From positions 65,410,001 to 65,474,000 of the forward strand of contig CM060732.1 of NCBI GenBank assembly GCA_030704615.1: DNA of 64,000 bases, given 5' to 3'. Positions 57,669 through 64,000 of the stretch are shown here, piece after piece. Position 1 is the first letter of the stretch. Each line of letters opens with the position of its first letter. The notes below the pieces were generated by a model. That model made no database searches. It had not been told where the DNA came from and saw only the letters and a program-made list of their open reading frames with translations. Source of the stretch: Takakia lepidozioides. Its lineage: Eukaryota; Plantae; Bryophyta. The translations under genes and the position numbers were made by a program.

Positions 57669-60600
57669 ATGGGGAGGAAGAAGGACACTCGAGGGGGAGG
57701 CGTTGCTGGTGGTGGTGGTGATGGTAGAGGCAAGCTGCGGACGGAGAAGGTAAGCTGTAGTTTTGTTTTTTTTCATGACCTGCACTTAGGCATATGCGCC
57801 ATCGCATAAGCCCCACCAATCTGCTCCTTATCTAGCACATCCGCCGGCGCAGATGCCTAAGTCACTTCAAGTCTCACAAGTTTGCGAATCTCCACACATA
57901 CACACAACCGTCTCCGCCGGCGGAGACAGCTCATTCCCCTTGGTTTTTTCTGATGCTTGGAAGGGCTGGGCTGCCACCTCCGCCGGCGCATACCGTTGGA
58001 GCTGGGATGCTCGCATGTTTCAGGAAGTGCTCCTCTACTCCCATCCCGTTTATTTTTTTGCATGCTCATACGTTGCTGATGCTCCGAGCGGGTTGGGCTG
58101 GCGTATCCGCTGGCGCATACCTGTGCAGCAGGGCTGCTCAAATGTTTCAGGAAATTCTCCCCTTTTCCATCTTCTTTGTTTTTCCGCATGCTGATGCTCC
58201 GAGTGGGCTGCGCTGGCATATCCGCCGGCGCATACCCATTGAGTACATTTTTTTTTGCTCAGATCATAGGTTTCAGGAACCTCCTGCAAGCGTCTCCACC
58301 GGCGGAGACACTTGGAGCTTGGTTTTTTTTGCATATTCCCTGTGTTACGGAAGCTCCAAAGCGCCAAGGCTGCCACCTCTGTCAACACAGACCCGTGCAG
58401 CAGGGCTGCTCACATATTTCAGGAAGTTCTCCCCCCCTTCCATCTCTTTTGTTTCTCCGCATTCTCATAAGTTGTTGATGCTCCGAGCGGGCTGGGCTGC
58501 CATATCCGCCGGCGCATACCCATTGAGCACAATCTTTTTTTGCTTAGCTCCTAGGTTTCAGGAACCTCATGCAAGCATCTCCGCCGGCGGAGATGCTTGG
58601 AGCTTGGTTTTTTGTTGTATATTCCTTGTGTTACGTAAGCTCCAAAGTGTCGAGGCTGCCACCTCCGTCGGCGCAGACGCTTGGGGAACCTTCCCTATTT
58701 TGGTTGATCACAGTATTCAAGTATCTCAAAGCTTCTACGTTGCCACCTCCACAACTCCACATGCTTCCATAGGCCTAGTTTGATCTTTCAAGGTGCTCCT
58801 GTATGTTTGGCTACAACCTCCCTTCCATGGTATGCGCCGGCGCATATGCTTGGAGCTCCTTGAGCAAAAATTTCTTCAAGGGCCTCAAATCTTGTCAAAT
58901 TTTGAGTTGGTTGCACATATGTGTCATATGCGCCGGCGTAGGTGGTCGGAGGTCCTCTGTCGGGATGCTCACGCCTGTATTCTGCTGCAAGTTGTAAGCT
59001 TTGAAAGACAAGGATATTCATGGAATTAGTTGACTATCCAAATTCATTTGTTTTCTTCATGCAACCATGACACTGAACTGCTCTTTTTACATATTATACA
59101 TTCACACATGTGCTCTTCTCATACACTGACATCTTGAACTGTTTTGGTCTATGGAATTAGGAAATTACTACTACAACTGAAGCTGTGGAGGCCGGGACGC
59201 TTGCAACCATTATTGACGACATTGATGCAGGGAATTGGGGGGCAGATGAGTATGAAGAGGATACAACATCTAGTGATCCTCTTTCTCTAGATGCCAAACA
59301 GGCAATTATTCTGGAAAAGAAACAAGATCTGAATGTAACTTTCAGGTCCCTCCTCATTGAGGATGGAGTTATGGACATTCCATTGTGTCGCATGATTTCT
59401 ATGCAGGTTGTTAGGCCCGCCCTTGCCAACGACATCCTAAAGCTTAGAGGAGACTTCTATTCTGGATACCATCCAGGAGCAGCCGTGTTCTATGTTTCTG
59501 TTGAGGGGATTGATGGATCTACTATAGATGTAGGTCCTGATATCATCTCTACATGGGATAGTCATTGGAAAATAGTCAATGATGAGTTTGAGAAGTATCT
59601 TGAGTCCAAGCCAAAGTTGCATCATCTTCGGGGAAGATGTTTCATGTCTGGGATGGGAATCATAGGCTTCAAGCATGGTATCCCTATATCAATGAAGTTC
59701 ATGGGGCCAACTTGTCAAGACATGTCTGTGTGACAAGTTGGGTGCTCAATGCGGACATTGAAAATCGTGGTTCCCTCAGGTCCATCATGGATGGAGTGAA
59801 TGTGTGAGTTTCCTTTCTATTCTTCATTTACTTTCATGTTCAATGTTGTCATGTTCTTGCTCAATGGATGTACATATACACATCTTCTTTCTAATGATCA
59901 TATTTATATGTGCAGGGCAACAGAGAGGGCACATGTTACATCCAAATTTGTGCACTTGGTTTGCAAGGTCAATATGATTGGCCTTACACCTGTCTCTGAA
60001 TGGAAGAATGTATTGAGGAAAGAGCAATACGACGAATGCATCAAGAAAGCAGGAAAGACTTGGTATAACCTGACAGTCCATGCAATGACAGAGATTTTGT
60101 ACAAGGTAACATCATGTCTTAACCAAGTTTCATTCTTTGCATCCATAGACAAGATTCACCTCTGGTTCATGTTATGAACTGTTTTGGTTCTTTTGGCAGC
60201 ATGATATTGTTGAGGCCCAACGCATGGCGGGGGAAGCTTACAAACTTGCTGAGGGGCCAAAGAGTCAAGAGGGCCTTGAAGATACAATGAGACAGGCTGG
60301 ATTGAAAGCAAGGGAGCAACACAAGAGTCAGCTTGTGAAGTTGCTTCCTATTGCTGATCCAACCCTTGGAGAGGGGTTTCTCCAAGAACTTAAACTGCAT
60401 TGGTCACGTGTAAAGGCAGGATCAGAGGAAATGACCCAAGAGAAAATGGTGAACATTGCTACCGCCCGGGTGGATCCTGAAGAAAAGGTGGAATGGCTAC
60501 ATATATGGAATGGAGACCAAACACTTCACGACCGTAATTTTTTTCCACCCGGGCCTATCAGTGGGCCAACACTTGATCCTTGGCTGAATAGAAGGACTTT

Positions 60601-63309
60601 TTGGTGGCAGGTACATATACAATCACTATCTTCTCAATGCAATTAATTCATTTTGTTGATGACACATTAACATAGTTATTTAACTGACTGTATTTTTTGG
60701 CAGCTTCGCAAGGTTGCCTTGGCTCAGTTTGCCTTGTACACCACTCAGCTTGGCCAATTTCATGTTGCCTTGGAGGAAGGAGAGAGTGAGAGTCTGGGAG
60801 ACTACATGGATACATGGAAGATGACTCATTTCAATGAGTTGTTTCATAGAGAGTTCTCATTGCCAAAGGGGCCATTCAGAGGCAATGATTGGGAACAACA
60901 AACAGGTGGGGAGAAGGTGGTGAGACGGATTTTATTCAGGTACCATCTTTCCATTGCATTGTACATGGATAGTGTATACACCTTGTAAGTCAAAAATGTC
61001 TATGCTTCAAGTATTTTTCTAGTACATTGGGATATACATGTTTCTTAATGTGCTTGTTCAATTGTTGAACAGGTTGCATAAATATTTGTCTCCACAATAA
61101 CTTTGAATGTGTTTGTATTTTAGGTACATGAGATTTGTGCTTGTACCGAGTGATCGACTTAAGGCTGAGCCCAAGTTTCTGATGGCCTGGAAGTTTGGTG
61201 CTCAACAAGCTTCCATGTACACACCTGCAATTGAGGAAGATTGGGGTGTGGAACACCGGGAAGGGGGGGTTGGTATTTGGATATGCCCAAGGGTACTATC
61301 CCCTATGCAGAAATGGGACTTCATAAGGAATGTGTTCGCAGGCAGTCAGTGAGTGATGAAGGGGGTATCTCCACTGAAGTCCCTGTTCTTGATCTGGAGC
61401 ATGCAGAACAGATTGCTACACAGGCCGCTGACGCTGTAGCCCAAGTGGTCCCTGCCGTTGTGGGTGTACCAAAACGCAAATCACGAAAAAGAAAAGGTGC
61501 GGATGTCAATGCAGGTGTGGCCCCCAATGCAGGTGTGGCTTCTATTGCTGGTCCTATTGGTAGTTCTTCACATCCTTCAAATCAGTTGGTTGTAGTGCCT
61601 GCACCTACTACTCGAGGAAACAAGCCAAAGGCAGGCGAACATCCTTACAGTGCAGTGTCATTTTCTGGTGGTGCACCTAGCATGTATCGCATGAAGATCA
61701 TGCCTACTCATTTCATTGATATGGTGGAGGCCTCAAGTACATCTCCTGATGCGACCTTGAAAGAGCTCATGGAGTTCTTAAAAAATGTGAGTTTCCCCCA
61801 ACAAACAAACTTGAATGTAAGGAATTCTTCGATGTTTTTATATCCTCATCATCCGGCTATTGACTCCTACATTTTCTGTATGTTGTTTGCAGTTGCCAGG
61901 AACTTGGTCTAGTGTTGTGGATGGAAAAAACGTGCATGTGGCTGTGGACATGATCATCGTGGACTGCCCAACAGGAATGCCTGTACAGGGCTGTTTGGAT
62001 GGTGTACAGGTTCCTCCCTGGAATGCTTTTGATAAACGGTATTGGGAGTATGCATTCTCCATTGCTAATGACCTGTTGGATGACAATGGATGCTTGGTGT
62101 TTTTGCAGGGCTCCGATGATTCATTTGCATTGGAGCTCTTTTCTTACTCCAGGGGCAGCTCTATTTCCGTATTATCAAGGAAATATACTTGCATCAATAC
62201 CACCCCTCTACACACTCAGACAGGAAAGGTAAAAATCATCCCTCTTCAATATCTCATTGTTTGATGTTTCATCTTCCTACTCTCATACATATTATTAAAC
62301 CATCCGGGTGCACTGTTTTTGTGGAAATGGCACGTCTAACAGACCATGTTCTTCCACGCCCATGTCCTCACCAAGCAAGGAGGACTATTCAAACTGCGTG
62401 AGTCTGGCAAAGTTGTGGACCCCCTTGCAGACCCTGTTGAGTTGGATGCCATCTACAACCACATTCCAGATGTTGCACTACCCATGCAAACTCCTCAACA
62501 AGCCTGGAGGGGTGCGCGAGACCGTAGTCCCGCCTTCATGCAAGTGTTGTTGGAGACATGCTCACCTCCTGGCTCCCGCATTTTGGATCTCACAGCTGGC
62601 ACAGGTTTGCATTGGTCTCCATTTTGTAATTAAAATCTTCTGAGCTGATTCATGATCATTAACTGTTATCCGATATAATATCATCATTGCATGTTTTTTT
62701 CCTGCAAGTTCTACATTTATTGCTGCCCGCGAGTCTGGACGTCACGTATTTGGTCTTGAGGGGGACCAGACGTTGTATGCAGCACGTCTCTCTGCACTTC
62801 AAAATACTCAACCCGTTTTGGTTTCATCTGTGGTAACTCCAACCATTCAACGTCCTGTGAGTTTGTTGGAACCCCCGCTCCTAAGGTGGCGCGCAAGCTT
62901 GGTCTTCATCTCGGCAGTACTTCCTAGTGAGTATGTCTCGCCTCCATTCCCTTTGTTGCAATCTCTATATTATTTGCAAAGCAAACCATTCCCATTTGAT
63001 TTGTTAACATAAGTATACATGTATGTGTGATGCAGTGATGGGATTGTGCGGACCATCTACGATAGTCTACCCCAAAGTCCTCTTTCATCGTTTTATCTAC
63101 CTTCGTATGCCGAGTCCCAAGCTTTGCATTCAATACATCAACAACGTGATGTAGGTCTTTCCAATGATCTCTTGTTTGACCGAAGAGCAGCTATTGTTGG
63201 ACAATCTGTGGATAGGTTGCGTAGAGTTGAGGCTTTCATGGATGTGTATGCCTCTGAATCACAGGCTTATGACACGGATGATGAAGTATCAGCTGATGAT
63301 GTTATGTAG
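57669..63309 (+). pseudogene. ParB/Srx-like + N4/N6 DNA-MTase-like accessory gene, copy 3 (multi-exon, lightly disrupted)
   Basis: Exon 1 is 57669-57749 (MGRKKD..), exon 2 starts at 59161. Motifs MDIPLCRMISMQVVRP, HVWDGNHRLQAW (after a frameshift near 59630), GWYLDMP (frameshift near 61260), DMIIVDCPTG, RDRSPAFMQVLLETCS, ILDLTAGTGSTFIAARESGRHVFGLEGD (acceptor near 62706 appears mutated), last exon FYLPSYAE. Confidence 0.85.
57840..58940. repeat. Intronic array of about 11 palindromes TSCGCCGGCGSA in intron 1 of copy 3
   Basis: CGCCGGCG at about 57842, 57915, 57981, 58223, 58507, 58582, 58835 and 58931, with single-mismatch variants at about 58108, 58297 and 58666. Confidence 0.88.
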
Positions 63310-64000
63310 GTAATTAGAAATTACATATACAATACATTGTCCTCATTGTCAGTCCGAATTTTTTGTTATTTTTTATGATACATGTATTTCTCTCTAGTGT
63401 AAGGTAAAACAAATGGGGCAAATGACATGGTGTTGAAATCAGATTTCATGTTATCTTCCTGTCATTTGATTTATCTATGTAATAGTTTGTACATAGATCT
63501 CTACTGCATTTCATAGATCCCTTTACCTTAATGCAAGTTCGACATGCACAGCACTATCAAATTTCATCATTAGTAAGATCAACCCTTATGAGTATTGTGG
63601 CATGTTATGTACACACAGGGTGACTATCTTTATCTCATTAGTGTTTCATTTCATTAGTGTTTCAAGTCTGAATGGGTAGTGTAGTGGTATGAACTAGGCT
63701 TGATACCCGATAGGTTGTGGATTCTATCTCTGATGGACATTATGTTTTTGTAAAATAAAAATGTTTCAGAAGATAGATATATAGATACTGCAAAACCTAT
63801 GTAACAAAGCTCCCTAGCATTGTCAAGCTCCCTAGCATTCCCTTAGCATTGCTCCATTCTGAACTTCAAACTAGACTCCCACCATTGGAAGAGCCCGTAC
63901 CTTCACCATTTGTATCTAACAAGGAGCCGTGCCTCGTCACTTTTTAATTTTTCGACCTTTTTTCTCATGTTGGAAAGCCATAAAAGCAACATGTTCATCT

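Larger units (their letters stand above)
53075..63309. mobile_element. MULE-like element copy 3: divergent transposase + ParB-MTase gene (termini not identified)
   Basis: Same head-to-head gene order as copy 2, with about 1 kb between the start codons. Confidence 0.75.

Overview
Eukaryotic, repeat-dense window from a land-plant nuclear genome. It has GT-AG introns and many PLS-class PPR pseudogenes; a non-seed plant is likely, but that is inference. It holds decayed hAT, CACTA/EnSpm, SINE and LTR-like pieces plus host-gene fragments (PPR, ETF-QO, a SEC-C-motif-protein homolog). The main signal is a two-gene DNA transposon architecture, seen in three strongly diverged versions. A Mutator/MULE-type DDE transposase (GCM/WRKY-like Zn domain, DDE core, zf-PARP-like Cys motif, SWIM) lies head-to-head with a ~10-exon accessory gene. 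That gene encodes an N-terminal ParB/Srx-like domain (WDGNHR) fused to a C-terminal beta-class N4-C/N6-A DNA methyltransferase-like domain with a non-canonical motif IV (DIPDG/DCPTG). Copy 2 (about 18.9-30.2 kb) has imperfect ~170-200 bp terminal inverted repeats and an accessory gene that splices into an open 1165-aa frame. Copy 3 (53-63.3 kb) has an intact 1177-aa transposase. Copy 1 (8.7-14.2 kb) is the accessory gene alone, pseudogenised. Each accessory gene carries, in its own introns, an array of about 10-11 copies of a different CpG-containing palindrome, like parS sites or the VANC target motifs of Arabidopsis VANDAL elements. This suggests a self-recognition or anti-silencing module. 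Other oddities are a T7 gp2.5-like SSB gene (40.1-40.9 kb), an ORF with Pol II CTD-like heptads next to a fourth palindrome family, and a 16-kb outer inverted repeat. All domain calls come from motif recognition by eye; no searches were run.
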